Origin: Rudaea sp.
GTDB taxonomy: Bacteria > Pseudomonadota > Gammaproteobacteria > Xanthomonadales > Rhodanobacteraceae
NCBI GenBank assembly: GCA_035703725.1
Contig: DASSXQ010000092.1
Coordinates: 1-47,400, forward strand
Direction: 5' to 3'
DNA: 47,400 nucleotides
Part shown: positions 38,460 to 47,400 of the stretch, one piece after another
How the letters are laid out: every line of letters starts with the position of its first letter
Position numbering within the stretch: the stretch's first letter is position 1
Notes under the pieces: generated by a model
Seen by the model: the letters and a program-made list of their open reading frames with translations, nothing else
Told to the model about the DNA's origin: nothing
Databases searched by the model: none
Made by a program: the position numbers and the translations under genes

Positions 38460-40418
38460 TCAGTGTGCAACACCGATTTGACTATCCAGAAACGCCAATA
38501 CCTTTTGATACATATCGGTTACATGCGCCGGATTATAAAAACCGTGCGCTTCGGTCCGTTGATACAACCATTCGTGCTTGATGTGGTGCTTTTCCAGCGC
38601 AGCATGCAGGCTTTCGCCTTGTATGGGTGGCACGCGTTTGTCGGCACCGCCAACAATCAGCATCACGGCCGCTTTGAGTTTATCCAGGTGCGCAGCAGGT
38701 GAACGATTCCACAACTCGTCGGGATTGGTTCCGATGACGGTCTTCAAATAGTTTTCGCCAAACTCGGATTGCTGGATTTCGCCTCGGCTGTACATCAAGC
38801 GCAAGTCGTACACGCCGACGTAACCAATTGCACATTTATACAAATCCGGTTCCTTGACCGCAGCTTCAAGCGCGGCGTAACCACCGTAGCTGCCACCGAA
38901 AATGCAAATGCGTTTGGCATCGGCAATGCCTTGTTTGACCGCCCAGAGCGTGGCATCGGTGACGTCGTCCTGCATTTTTCCGCCCCACTCATGGTATCCA
39001 GCCTTGACGAAGTCGAAACCGTAGCCACCGGAGCCGCGATAATTCACCTGCAACACCGCATAACCACGGCTGGCCAGCACTTGCACGGTCGGGTCAAAAT
39101 CCCAATCGTCGCGCAGCTCATAGGGGCCGCCATGAACCAACACGACCAACGGCAGATTCTTGGCGTCGGCCTTGTCCACGGGTCGCGTCAGATAGCCATG
39201 CAATTTCAAGCCATCGCGCGCCGCAAATTCAACCGGTTGCATTGACGCCATTTGCGCGGGTTTGATCCAGCCACGTCGCGCCAACAGGAAGCTCGCTTTC
39301 TTTTTCTGTGCGTCGTACAAATAAAACGCACCCGGATCGGTGTCGCTGGACACCAGTACAATCGCCTTGTCGCCTTTCCAGGTGCTGGAAACAAATTCTA
39401 CGTCCTCACCGGGGAATTGCTGCATGAGTGCGACGAGCAAGGTCGCCTCGGGTGCGGATTTGTCGAGCAAGGTCACGGCCGGGCGACCCGGCTGCGACTG
39501 CACGGCGAATGCATCTTGCCCGCCAAACGTCAGCATCAGCCCGGTGACATCGGCACCGTTGCCATCCCACAAATGGTTCATCTTGCGTGTGCTGACATCC
39601 CACTTGCACAAGCCGCCGGCGCCATTGTTGCCGGCGCACTGGAAATAAACCTGCTTGTTGTCGCGATTGAACATCAATGGCCAGTCGCGCTGCCCGTTTT
39701 TGGCCTCGTCCGATACCAATTCCCAATCGGCATCATCGCTCGCACGATAGTATACTTTTATCTTTTGGTCATTTTCCACGCCGTAGGCGAAGCGCACATG
39801 GCCAGTGTGATCGGCTAGAAAACTGGCATTGTGCATGGGCGCGATGGCCACGCGCGCCTTTACGCCGGTCTCCAGGTTGATCTTGTACGCTTGGGTAAAC
39901 ACACCAATCGTCGAACCGTTGGCCGCTTCGCTGGCAATCAATGCATGATTTGCATCGTCGCGCAGTGCAGTAATCAAACTGCCGTACGCCATTTCGCTGG
40001 TGGCATGGGCGATATGCGTGTCGCCTTGGTCGCCAGCCCGATAGCCGAACAGGATAGCAGCATCCTTGCCGTCGGCATTTACCGCGTACAAATCCCCCGT
40101 TTTCAACGGCGCTTCCAGCCCGCCGAAGCGCTCGCCGACGTTGTACATCAGTCGATGTGGCGCAACCCAGGCGAACCCGGTCAAGTCGTCGTTGTTGCGC
40201 GGTACAACGTTGACACCTTTCATGTCGCTCAAGTGGATCAACGACAACACGGTTTGGTCGCCAACGATGGCGCTGGCGGCAAGGTAGTCGCCTTCGGGAG
40301 AAATTTTTACCTGCGTGTATTGCGCATGCCGGGCAAAGTCACTCAATTGCGGTGGCGCGGCGGCGGCAACGCCCGCGAACATCAAAGCCGGAATTGCCAG
40401 AGTCCATCTTGATTGCAT
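38460..40418 (-). CDS. Secreted S9 family (prolyl oligopeptidase-like) peptidase
   Basis: Signal peptide; ISPEGDYLA; VHGGPY, QVNYRGSGGYG, MQDDVTDA, GGSYGGY, DKRVP, EAHGF. Confidence 0.93.
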   Translation of the reverse strand: MQSRWTLAIPALMFAGVAAAAPPQLSDFARHAQYTQVKISPEGDYLAASAIVGDQTVLSLIHLSDMKGVNVVPRNNDDLTGFAWVAPHRLMYNVGERFGGLEAPLKTGDLYAVNADGKDAAILFGYRAGDQGDTHIAHATSEMAYGSLITALRDDANHALIASEAANGSTIGVFTQAYKINLETGVKARVAIAPMHNASFLADHTGHVRFAYGVENDQKIKVYYRASDDADWELVSDEAKNGQRDWPLMFNRDNKQVYFQCAGNNGAGGLCKWDVSTRKMNHLWDGNGADVTGLMLTFGGQDAFAVQSQPGRPAVTLLDKSAPEATLLVALMQQFPGEDVEFVSSTWKGDKAIVLVSSDTDPGAFYLYDAQKKKASFLLARRGWIKPAQMASMQPVEFAARDGLKLHGYLTRPVDKADAKNLPLVVLVHGGPYELRDDWDFDPTVQVLASRGYAVLQVNYRGSGGYGFDFVKAGYHEWGGKMQDDVTDATLWAVKQGIADAKRICIFGGSYGGYAALEAAVKEPDLYKCAIGYVGVYDLRLMYSRGEIQQSEFGENYLKTVIGTNPDELWNRSPAAHLDKLKAAVMLIVGGADKRVPPIQGESLHAALEKHHIKHEWLYQRTEAHGFYNPAHVTDMYQKVLAFLDSQIGVAH

Positions 40419-40509
40419 GGTTTTTCCTTTTCTTCAAGTTTGCGCAGAACGGTTGAAACGTTCAGGTCACGAAAGTCGCGGTTGATTTGGCGGATCAATA
40501 TGCGCGTGA

Positions 40510-41964
40510 CTATTTGCCACCGACGCGACCGTAAACATCTTCCAGCCGCTCGATGTCATCTTCGCCAAAATAATCGCCGCATTGCACTTCGATCAAGTGG
40601 ATATCGGTGGCGGTGCGGTTTTCCAACCGGTGCAAGGTGTTCATTGGAATGAATGTGGATTGATTGCCGTGCAATTGTGTTTCGTCATCGCCGACGCGCA
40701 CACTGGCCACGCCCTGCACTACGGTCCAGTGTTCGCTGCGACGCTGGTGCCGTTGCAATGAAAGGATTCCGCCGGGTTTGACGGTCAAGCGTTTGACCTT
40801 GCAGTCGGTGCCGTCTTCGAGCACGGTGAAACTGCCCCAGGGGCGATACACGGTGGGATGGAATCGAGCCGTGGAATGATCGGTCTGGCGCAGTTGTTCA
40901 ACGACCTGCTTGACCTCTTGCGCGCGTTCGCGATCCGCGACCAGCACCGCATCGCCGGTATCGATGATGACGAGGTTCTTCACGCCGACCGCGGCAACCA
41001 TGCGCGCCTCGCTGCGACTCGCCTGAACATCGATGTAGCAATTTTCGCTTTCAATGACGACGGCCGCGCCGTGCACACGATTGCCGGAGCCGTCCGCGTC
41101 GATACCGGATTCCAGCTCGCTGACGGCTTTCCAGGAACCGATATCACTCCAGTCGAATGCCGCCGGTACCACCGCCACGCGCGGCGCGTGTTCCATCAGC
41201 GCGTAATCGATGGAAATATCCGGCTGCGCCATGAATGCGTCGCGATCAAACTCCAGCGGGCTGTCGTGGCTGCGCGCGCTGGCATAGCACGCGCGCGCTG
41301 CCGCAAGCACCTGTGGGCAGGTATTCTGCGCGGCCGTGAGCAACGTATCCGCGCGAAAACAAAACATGCCCGAGTTCCACAGATATTCGCCGCTGCGCAG
41401 ATAGTCCATGGCAGTTGCGTGATCGGGCTTTTCGACAAACGCGCCGACCGCGCAGGCACCATCACGCAAGGCAGCGCCTTTGAGCATGTAGCCGAATCCC
41501 GTCTCTGCACGGTTCGGCACGATACCGAATGTCACCAACCAGTCATCGTCTGCCAAATGCCGTGCGCGCTCGACATCCGCGGCAAATGCCTGCATGTCCG
41601 CAATCAGATGGTCGGCGGGCAGTACCAGCAGGGTCGCGTCGGCGCAAATGTGCTCGCTGGCGTACAGGGCAGCCAGCAAAATCGCCGGCGCGGTATTGCG
41701 TCCGGCCGGTTCGAGCACGAACGGCATCGCATCAATGTCGGCGCGCGGATGCCGCGCATATTCATCACGACTGAGGAAATAGTAATCGCGACCGGTGACG
41801 GTCAACACGCGCGCTACGCCGGGCAAGCCCAACGCGCGGTCGAGTGTCTTGCCGAGCAGCGATTGTCCATCGGCCATGCGCATGAACGGTTTGGGATACG
41901 CGCTGCGCGACACCGGCCACAAGCGCGTGCCGGCGCCACCGGACAAAATGACAGGTATCAGCAT
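40510..41964 (-). CDS. xanB: Mannose-1-phosphate guanylyltransferase / mannose-6-phosphate isomerase
   Basis: ILSGGAGTRLWPVSR..PKPF, LEPAGRNTAPA, FVEKP, WNSGMF, SIDYALME, WSDIGSW; C-terminal cupin RPWG, SLQRH, RSEHW. Also called manC. Confidence 0.95.
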   Translation of the reverse strand: MLIPVILSGGAGTRLWPVSRSAYPKPFMRMADGQSLLGKTLDRALGLPGVARVLTVTGRDYYFLSRDEYARHPRADIDAMPFVLEPAGRNTAPAILLAALYASEHICADATLLVLPADHLIADMQAFAADVERARHLADDDWLVTFGIVPNRAETGFGYMLKGAALRDGACAVGAFVEKPDHATAMDYLRSGEYLWNSGMFCFRADTLLTAAQNTCPQVLAAARACYASARSHDSPLEFDRDAFMAQPDISIDYALMEHAPRVAVVPAAFDWSDIGSWKAVSELESGIDADGSGNRVHGAAVVIESENCYIDVQASRSEARMVAAVGVKNLVIIDTGDAVLVADRERAQEVKQVVEQLRQTDHSTARFHPTVYRPWGSFTVLEDGTDCKVKRLTVKPGGILSLQRHQRRSEHWTVVQGVASVRVGDDETQLHGNQSTFIPMNTLHRLENRTATDIHLIEVQCGDYFGEDDIERLEDVYGRVGGK

Positions 41965-41968
41965 GGCT

Positions 41969-42898
41969 TCAGGTACTCGTGGTCAGTTCTTGAATGGTCG
42001 CGTCGAGTCCGTGCTCCCAGTCTGGCAAGTCCAATCCAAACGTGTCGCGGATTTTCCGCGTATCGAGCACCGAATAGGCCGGACGGAGCGCCCGGGTCGG
42101 GTAGTCGGCCGTGGCAATCGGCGTGAGCCGGATCGGATGGTCGATCAGACCTGCGGCGTGCGCCCTGGCGAAAATCGCACGCGCAAATTCGAACCAGGTG
42201 CAATCGCCTGCGGCGCACAAATGATAGGTTGCATGGCCAAGCTCCGGTTCGACGGGTTTTTCTTTCGGCTGCACGCGCGCCAGCACAGTCGCCGTGACAT
42301 CGGCAATCAGTCGCGCCGTCGTTGGCGCCCCACGCTGATCGTCGACAATGGACAACGCATCGCGCTCGCGCGCCAGACGCAGCATCGTGCGCAGGAAATT
42401 GTGTCCGCGCGCTGCATAGACCCAAGCCGTGCGCAAAATCAGATGGGCGCAATGACTCTCGCGCAACGCAATTTCGCCGGCAAGCTTGCTGCGGCCATAT
42501 ACACCCAATGGTGCAGCCGCATCATCCTCGCCATACGGACGTGTTGCCGTGCCATCGAACACATAGTCGGTGGAATAGTGCACGACCAACGCGCGTCGTG
42601 CGGCTGCCCAGTTTCCGATTACTGCCAGCGCACGGTGATTGATGCAATCTGCCAATTCCGGTTCGTCTTCGGCCCGATCAACGGCCGTGTAGGCTGCCGC
42701 GTTGACAACCACGTCTGCGGCGACGGCATCGAGTGCTTCGCGCAAACAATCCGGTTCTGCCAAATCGACCTTTCGACGCGCGTTCGATGCATCGCCTGAC
42801 TTGTCGCGGGTCGCGCAAATCAGTTCACCCAGTGGCGCAAGTGTGCGCATCAACTCGTAACCGACCTGACCGTTCGCACCGAGCAGCAAGAGTCTCAT
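41969..42898 (-). CDS. rfbD: dTDP-4-dehydrorhamnose reductase
   Basis: GANGQVG, NAAAYTAVDRAE, HYSTDYVFDG, YGRSKLAGE, DDQRGAPT, RPAYSVL. Confidence 0.97.
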   Translation of the reverse strand: MRLLLLGANGQVGYELMRTLAPLGELICATRDKSGDASNARRKVDLAEPDCLREALDAVAADVVVNAAAYTAVDRAEDEPELADCINHRALAVIGNWAAARRALVVHYSTDYVFDGTATRPYGEDDAAAPLGVYGRSKLAGEIALRESHCAHLILRTAWVYAARGHNFLRTMLRLARERDALSIVDDQRGAPTTARLIADVTATVLARVQPKEKPVEPELGHATYHLCAAGDCTWFEFARAIFARAHAAGLIDHPIRLTPIATADYPTRALRPAYSVLDTRKIRDTFGLDLPDWEHGLDATIQELTTST

Positions 42899-43452
42899 TT
42901 TTTATACTTCGGCAACTTCGACGGCGGCACGTCGCGCAGGAACGGCGCATTGGCGTCTTTTCCCGACAGCAGTGGCGCATTGATCGGCCAGTCCACGGCG
43001 ATATCGGCGTCGTTCCAGCGGATGCCGGCATCGCTTGCATGATCATGCAGCGCGGTGCATTGATAACAAAACGTCGCCGATTCCGACAGCACGGCAAAGC
43101 CGTGCGCAAAACCCTCGGGTATCCAGAAATGGCGCTTGTTGTCCGCGCTCAACAGCGCTGCCGCCCAACGTCCGAAGGTGGGCGAGCCAACACGAATATC
43201 CACGGCCACATCGTAGACTTCGCCCACGAGCACGTTGACCAGCTTGCCTTGCGGATTCGGGAATTGATAATGCAAACCCCGCAGTACGCCTTGCGCCGAT
43301 TTCGAGACATTGTTCTGGACGAAACGCAAGTCAAGACCTGCATTCCTGTATTTTTGCGCATGGAAACTTTCGTAGAAGAATCCGCGCGCGTCGCCGTGCA
43401 CGACCGGCTCGATCACCACGCATCCGGTTAAATCCGTTTCGATGATTTTCAC
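42895..43452 (-). CDS. rfbC: dTDP-4-dehydrorhamnose 3,5-epimerase
   Basis: [48 protein letters not shown]. Confidence 0.97.
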   Translation of the reverse strand: MKIIETDLTGCVVIEPVVHGDARGFFYESFHAQKYRNAGLDLRFVQNNVSKSAQGVLRGLHYQFPNPQGKLVNVLVGEVYDVAVDIRVGSPTFGRWAAALLSADNKRHFWIPEGFAHGFAVLSESATFCYQCTALHDHASDAGIRWNDADIAVDWPINAPLLSGKDANAPFLRDVPPSKLPKYKK

Positions 43453-44339
43453 GCGACCGGCCCTTGTCTGACGAGTTGTTGCAGATAATGACCATACCCG
43501 TTCTTGGCCAGCGGTGCAGCCAGTCGCAACACTTGCTCGGCGTCGATCCAGCCGTTGAGAAACGCGATTTCTTCGGGGCAGCAGACTTTCAGACCTTGCC
43601 GATTTTCAATCGTCTCGATGTAGTTCGATGCATCCGTCAGCGATTCGTGGGTGCCGGTATCCAGCCACGCATAGCCGCGGCCGAGCTTTTCCAGCATCAG
43701 TGATCCCTCGTCCAGATAACGCCGATTCAGATCGGTGATTTCCAATTCGCCACGCGCCGAGGGTTTGAGTTCATCGGCAAAATCGCACACACGCTGATCG
43801 TAGAAATACAGCCCGGTGACCGCATAGTTGGATTTGGGCTGCCCGGGTTTCTCTTCCAGACCGGAGACTCTTCCGCTCGCGTCGAATTCCGCCACGCCGT
43901 AGCGTTCCGGATCGCGCACCCAGTAACCGAACACGGTCGCGCCGTGGGTGCGTTGCGCGGCACGATGCAGCACTTCGGTCAAACCGTGACCGTAAAAAAT
44001 GTTGTCGCCCAGAATCAGGCAACTGGATTGGCCGTTGACGAATTCGCGGCCGATGACGAACGCCTGGGCAAGGCCATCGGGTGACGGCTGCGCGGCATAT
44101 TGAATCGTGATGCCCCATTGCGATCCATCGCCCAGCAACTGCCGGAACAAGGCTTGTTCGTGCGGCGTGTTGATGATCAATACCTCGCGAATGCCGGCCA
44201 GCATCAGTGTCGACAGCGGGTAATAAATCATCGGCTTGTCGTACACCGGCAACAGTTGCTTGCTGATGACCTGAGTCAACGGATACAGGCGCGTGCCGGA
44301 GCCGCCCGCGAGGATGATGCCTTTTTCAATTTGCGACAT
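43449..44339 (-). CDS. rfbA: Glucose-1-phosphate thymidylyltransferase
   Basis: [54 protein letters not shown]. Alternative start at 44363. Confidence 0.97.
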   Translation of the reverse strand: MSQIEKGIILAGGSGTRLYPLTQVISKQLLPVYDKPMIYYPLSTLMLAGIREVLIINTPHEQALFRQLLGDGSQWGITIQYAAQPSPDGLAQAFVIGREFVNGQSSCLILGDNIFYGHGLTEVLHRAAQRTHGATVFGYWVRDPERYGVAEFDASGRVSGLEEKPGQPKSNYAVTGLYFYDQRVCDFADELKPSARGELEITDLNRRYLDEGSLMLEKLGRGYAWLDTGTHESLTDASNYIETIENRQGLKVCCPEEIAFLNGWIDAEQVLRLAAPLAKNGYGHYLQQLVRQGPVA

Positions 44340-44386
44340 TGTGTACGAATTCCTTATTTCCATAATGCAGCATCGTCGAACATGGC

Positions 44387-45445
44387 TTAGCCTGTCACAC
44401 CCAATCTTTCGCCGCGATAACTTCCGTCCAGCACACGTTGGCACCAGGCCTGGTTATCCAGATACCAGTCAACCGTGCGTGTCATCCCCGAGTTGAAATT
44501 TTCACCTGGCCGCCAGCCTAGCTGGGTTTTGATTTTGCCGGCATCAATGGCATAGCGCCGATCATGGCCGGGGCGATCCTTGACGTAGGTAATCAATGTT
44601 TCACGGCGCACACCACCCGGCAAGGGGCGGCGCTCGTCGAGCAGCGTACACAGGGTTTTTACCACGGCGATGTTTTCGCATTCGGCATCGCCACCGATGT
44701 TGTAGACCTCGCCGGTACGACCGATTTCCAGTACGCGCTGAATTGCCGAACAATGATCGCCCACGTACAACCAGTCGCGGATATTGCGTCCGTCGCCGTA
44801 AACCGGCAGCGCTTGCCCTGTCAGTGCCTTGTGGATCATCAAGGGAATGAGTTTCTCGGGGAACTGATATGGGCCGTAATTGTTCGAGCAATTGGTAGTG
44901 AGCGTGGGCAGTCCGTAGGTGTGATGAAACGCACGTACCAAATGATCGGATGCCGCTTTGGATGCCGAATACGGCGAGTTGGGTTGGTACGGCGATTCTT
45001 CGGTGAACCGTCCGACCGGCCCCAAGGAGCCGTAGACTTCATCGGTGGACACGTGCAGGAAACGGAAGCCATCCTGCAATTCCAGTGGCGCCACGCGCCA
45101 ATAAGCCAGCGCGCACTCAAGCAGTGCCAGCGTGCCGACAACATTGGTTTGTACAAATTCTGCCGGGCCATCGATGGAGCGATCCACATGCGATTCGGCG
45201 GCGAAATTCACGATGGCATTTGGGCGGTGTTCGGCCAGCAACGCCGCGACCCGCTCGCGGTCGCCAATATCACCTTGAACAAAAATGTGGTCGGCATTGC
45301 CGTGCAAACTCGCCAATGTATCCAGGTTGCCCGCGTAGGTAAGCTTGTCCAGATTGACCACGCGATAGCCACCCTGCGCCATCAAGCCCAGCACAAAGTT
45401 GCCGCCAATAAAGCCGGCACCGCCGGTGACGAGTACGGTTTTCAT
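44387..45445 (-). CDS. rfbB: dTDP-glucose 4,6-dehydratase
   Basis: [65 protein letters not shown]. Confidence 0.98.
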   Translation of the reverse strand: MKTVLVTGGAGFIGGNFVLGLMAQGGYRVVNLDKLTYAGNLDTLASLHGNADHIFVQGDIGDRERVAALLAEHRPNAIVNFAAESHVDRSIDGPAEFVQTNVVGTLALLECALAYWRVAPLELQDGFRFLHVSTDEVYGSLGPVGRFTEESPYQPNSPYSASKAASDHLVRAFHHTYGLPTLTTNCSNNYGPYQFPEKLIPLMIHKALTGQALPVYGDGRNIRDWLYVGDHCSAIQRVLEIGRTGEVYNIGGDAECENIAVVKTLCTLLDERRPLPGGVRRETLITYVKDRPGHDRRYAIDAGKIKTQLGWRPGENFNSGMTRTVDWYLDNQAWCQRVLDGSYRGERLGVTG

Positions 45446-45505
45446 TACTGGTTTGCGTCCGAAAAGCAGAAATGGCGTGGATGCATGCCAACGCCGTGGA
45501 TCGGC

Positions 45506-45534
45506 ATTTTACCCAATGCGGCCGATTGCGCCAA
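45506..45534 (-). promoter_or_regulatory. Probable sigma70 promoter of rfbBACD-xanB
   Basis: Minus strand TTGGCG-17 nt-TAAAAT, 60 nt upstream of the rfbB ATG. Confidence 0.5.
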
Positions 45535-45545
45535 AGCTCGGGGCT

Positions 45546-47252
45546 TCAAGTGGAATCTGCGGTATTCGTAGGGCCCAATTGCGCCGGGACAACGCTGGTT
45601 CTCATACCGCTGCGCGCCAACCACACGACCGCGACGATACCGACAACCAGACACACATCAAACGTAACCAGTCGCCAAATAATCAGCGCGCTGGCCATGC
45701 TGGTTGCGGGAACCCACGCGGCCAGCGCGGCAGACAATCCGATCTCCGCACCACCGCCGCCAGATGGAACCCCGGTCCACAACGCCGCGTGCAAAATCAA
45801 CGATTGCAACAGCAACGTCAATGCGAATGACACCTGATGGCCAAGTAAGCCCAATGTCGCCCACAAAACACCGTAACGGGTTAGCCATTGCACTGTCGTC
45901 AACGCGGCAATCGCCATGAGCCCGCGCACACCGGACGATTTCAACAAGTCGATATCGGCACGCAGACTGGTCAAAAATTTCTGCAGCCGGACTTGTTGCC
46001 GACGCAGACCCGGCCAGCGTCGAACCAGCGCGTTTTCGGCCAGCATCCAATTTGCCAACTTGCGCCGCATCAACAATGCCGCCAGCCCCAATGCAATCAT
46101 CAGCGCACTGGTTACAAACGCCACGAATGCCAGCGCAGTCGGCAATTCGGACCAGATCAAACTCAATCCCGCCAATGGCAAGATCACGACAAAGATGCCC
46201 AGATCGAGCAACTGATCGACGGCGGTGACCGTAGTCGCGGCACTGGCCGACGCGCCACTGCGGCGCACGTAATAGATACTCGCCGCGTATCCGCCAACAC
46301 CGGCTGGCGTGCTGATAAACGCAAAATCAATCGCCAGCGACATCGCCAACGTGCGCATAAACGCTTGCTGCGTGCCGATTTGTTGCAATAAAACGTGCAA
46401 CTTCCATGCGCGCGCAAGCCAACTAATCAGCAACAATCCCAGCAGTGCGGCAAAACTTTGCACCGGGAAACTCAAGGTTTGCGCAAGCGCCTGACGACCA
46501 CCGAGCACAATCGGCACCGCAAGTGTGGCCAGCACTGCCAAACCAATCAGCAATGCCGCGCGACGCACACGCGCGCCTGGTGCAACGCTTGCCGATTGTG
46601 CCGGAACATCCGAATCGCGTGTTCGTTTGCGCGCGGACACGTAGCGCGTTGCAAACACGTAATCCCACAGCGGCGTGGTCACGCCAAAATTCATCCCGGG
46701 ATGGTGATGGTGAATGTGATGATGTGCCGCCCAACGCACAGCCACGCGCCAGCGAAAACGGCGCACGTGCATGATGGTATGCCCCAAGCCATACGCCGCG
46801 TAACCGGCGGCAATCGTGCCCGCCAGCAACAACGCCAAACCGGTCGGCAACACCAATGCGAGCAAGGCCGCGACACCCAGCATTCCTGTCGGCGGCGCAA
46901 AAAACGGCAAGGCATCGTATCCGCGTGGCTCGTCGTGATGGCGGGCATGGCCATCGCGCATCGCGCCGTCACCACGATGGAATAACCACCGATGCACACA
47001 GTATTCGGCAAACGTAAACGCAAGAAAGCCCAACGCAACCGTCACACAGGCGGCCAGCACACCGGAATTGTTTGCGTACGCACCGCAACCAAGCAAGATC
47101 AACGCAACCAAACTATCGGCCATCAGCCCCGCGTTGGCATTGGCGCGCGTGGTCGACATCTGCGCCAGAAAACCACGTGCAACCGCACCCCCCGAAAGGC
47201 TTGCCTCCGTCAACCCGATTTTGGCCCCATTGGAAATGTTGTCGCTAGGCAT
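45546..47252 (-). CDS. Fusion of a fatty-acid hydroxylase/sterol desaturase domain and a lysylphosphatidylglycerol-synthase TM (flippase-like) domain
   Basis: His boxes EYCVHRWLFH, HARHH, HTIMH, HHHIHHHH and NFGVTTPLWD; then multi-TM domain with FISTPAGVGG, VDQLLD, GVPSGGGGAE, IWRLVTF; no stop between them. Start uncertain (47252 or 47159). Confidence 0.8.
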   Translation of the reverse strand: MPSDNISNGAKIGLTEASLSGGAVARGFLAQMSTTRANANAGLMADSLVALILLGCGAYANNSGVLAACVTVALGFLAFTFAEYCVHRWLFHRGDGAMRDGHARHHDEPRGYDALPFFAPPTGMLGVAALLALVLPTGLALLLAGTIAAGYAAYGLGHTIMHVRRFRWRVAVRWAAHHHIHHHHPGMNFGVTTPLWDYVFATRYVSARKRTRDSDVPAQSASVAPGARVRRAALLIGLAVLATLAVPIVLGGRQALAQTLSFPVQSFAALLGLLLISWLARAWKLHVLLQQIGTQQAFMRTLAMSLAIDFAFISTPAGVGGYAASIYYVRRSGASASAATTVTAVDQLLDLGIFVVILPLAGLSLIWSELPTALAFVAFVTSALMIALGLAALLMRRKLANWMLAENALVRRWPGLRRQQVRLQKFLTSLRADIDLLKSSGVRGLMAIAALTTVQWLTRYGVLWATLGLLGHQVSFALTLLLQSLILHAALWTGVPSGGGGAEIGLSAALAAWVPATSMASALIIWRLVTFDVCLVVGIVAVVWLARSGMRTSVVPAQLGPTNTADST

Positions 47253-47400
47253 GCGTAAGCGAAAGTCCTGACCCACCGGTAAAACGAACCGGCACGACGA
47301 CATTTTAGCCTTGAAACGGCGACCTTGGTGCGCGCCGGGGCATTTTTCGACGCTGTCGAGGTGCCGACAGGCGTGCAATCGTGGAACGCAACGCCACGAT

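Noticed and set aside
45446-45545. ops/JUMPstart element ahead of rfbB
   Set aside because: No GGCGGTAG-type motif on the coding strand.

Overview
High-GC bacterial chromosome segment. Gene content and order and the GAATCCC-type heptamer repeats point to Xanthomonadales/Lysobacterales, probably Rhodanobacteraceae (inference). From left to right: a partial transglutaminase (TgpA-like) gene and an Slp lipoprotein; a minus-strand housekeeping block (HIT, recR, ybaB, dnaX, SRP RNA, tRNA-Ser(GGA)) preceded by a degenerate second tRNA-Ser copy with a ~77-nt structured insert in its T-loop; a ~19-kb beta-1,2-glucan/sugar-phosphate cluster (stand-alone GH94, signal-less GH144, tkt, pgm, HAD phosphatase, a small coupled ORF, 2900-aa cyclic beta-1,2-glucan synthase) with no exporter in the window; a secreted M12 metalloprotease ending in DLIFRDGF; DUF924, rnk and EamA; rsmA and apaG-apaH, separated by a ~1.7-kb decayed insert (antitoxin relic plus a duplicated secreted-protein/membrane-partner cassette); fghA-frmA; two S9 peptidases; rfbBACD-xanB; and an in-frame fatty-acid-hydroxylase/LPG-synthase-TM fusion. 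No CRISPR array, rRNA, integrase or transposase was seen. Best candidates for new biology: the apparently cytoplasmic beta-1,2-glucan synthesis/recycling system, the hydroxylase-flippase fusion, the T-loop-interrupted tRNA duplicate and the two-gene cassette between rsmA and apaG. All family calls come from motif recognition by eye; no searches were run.
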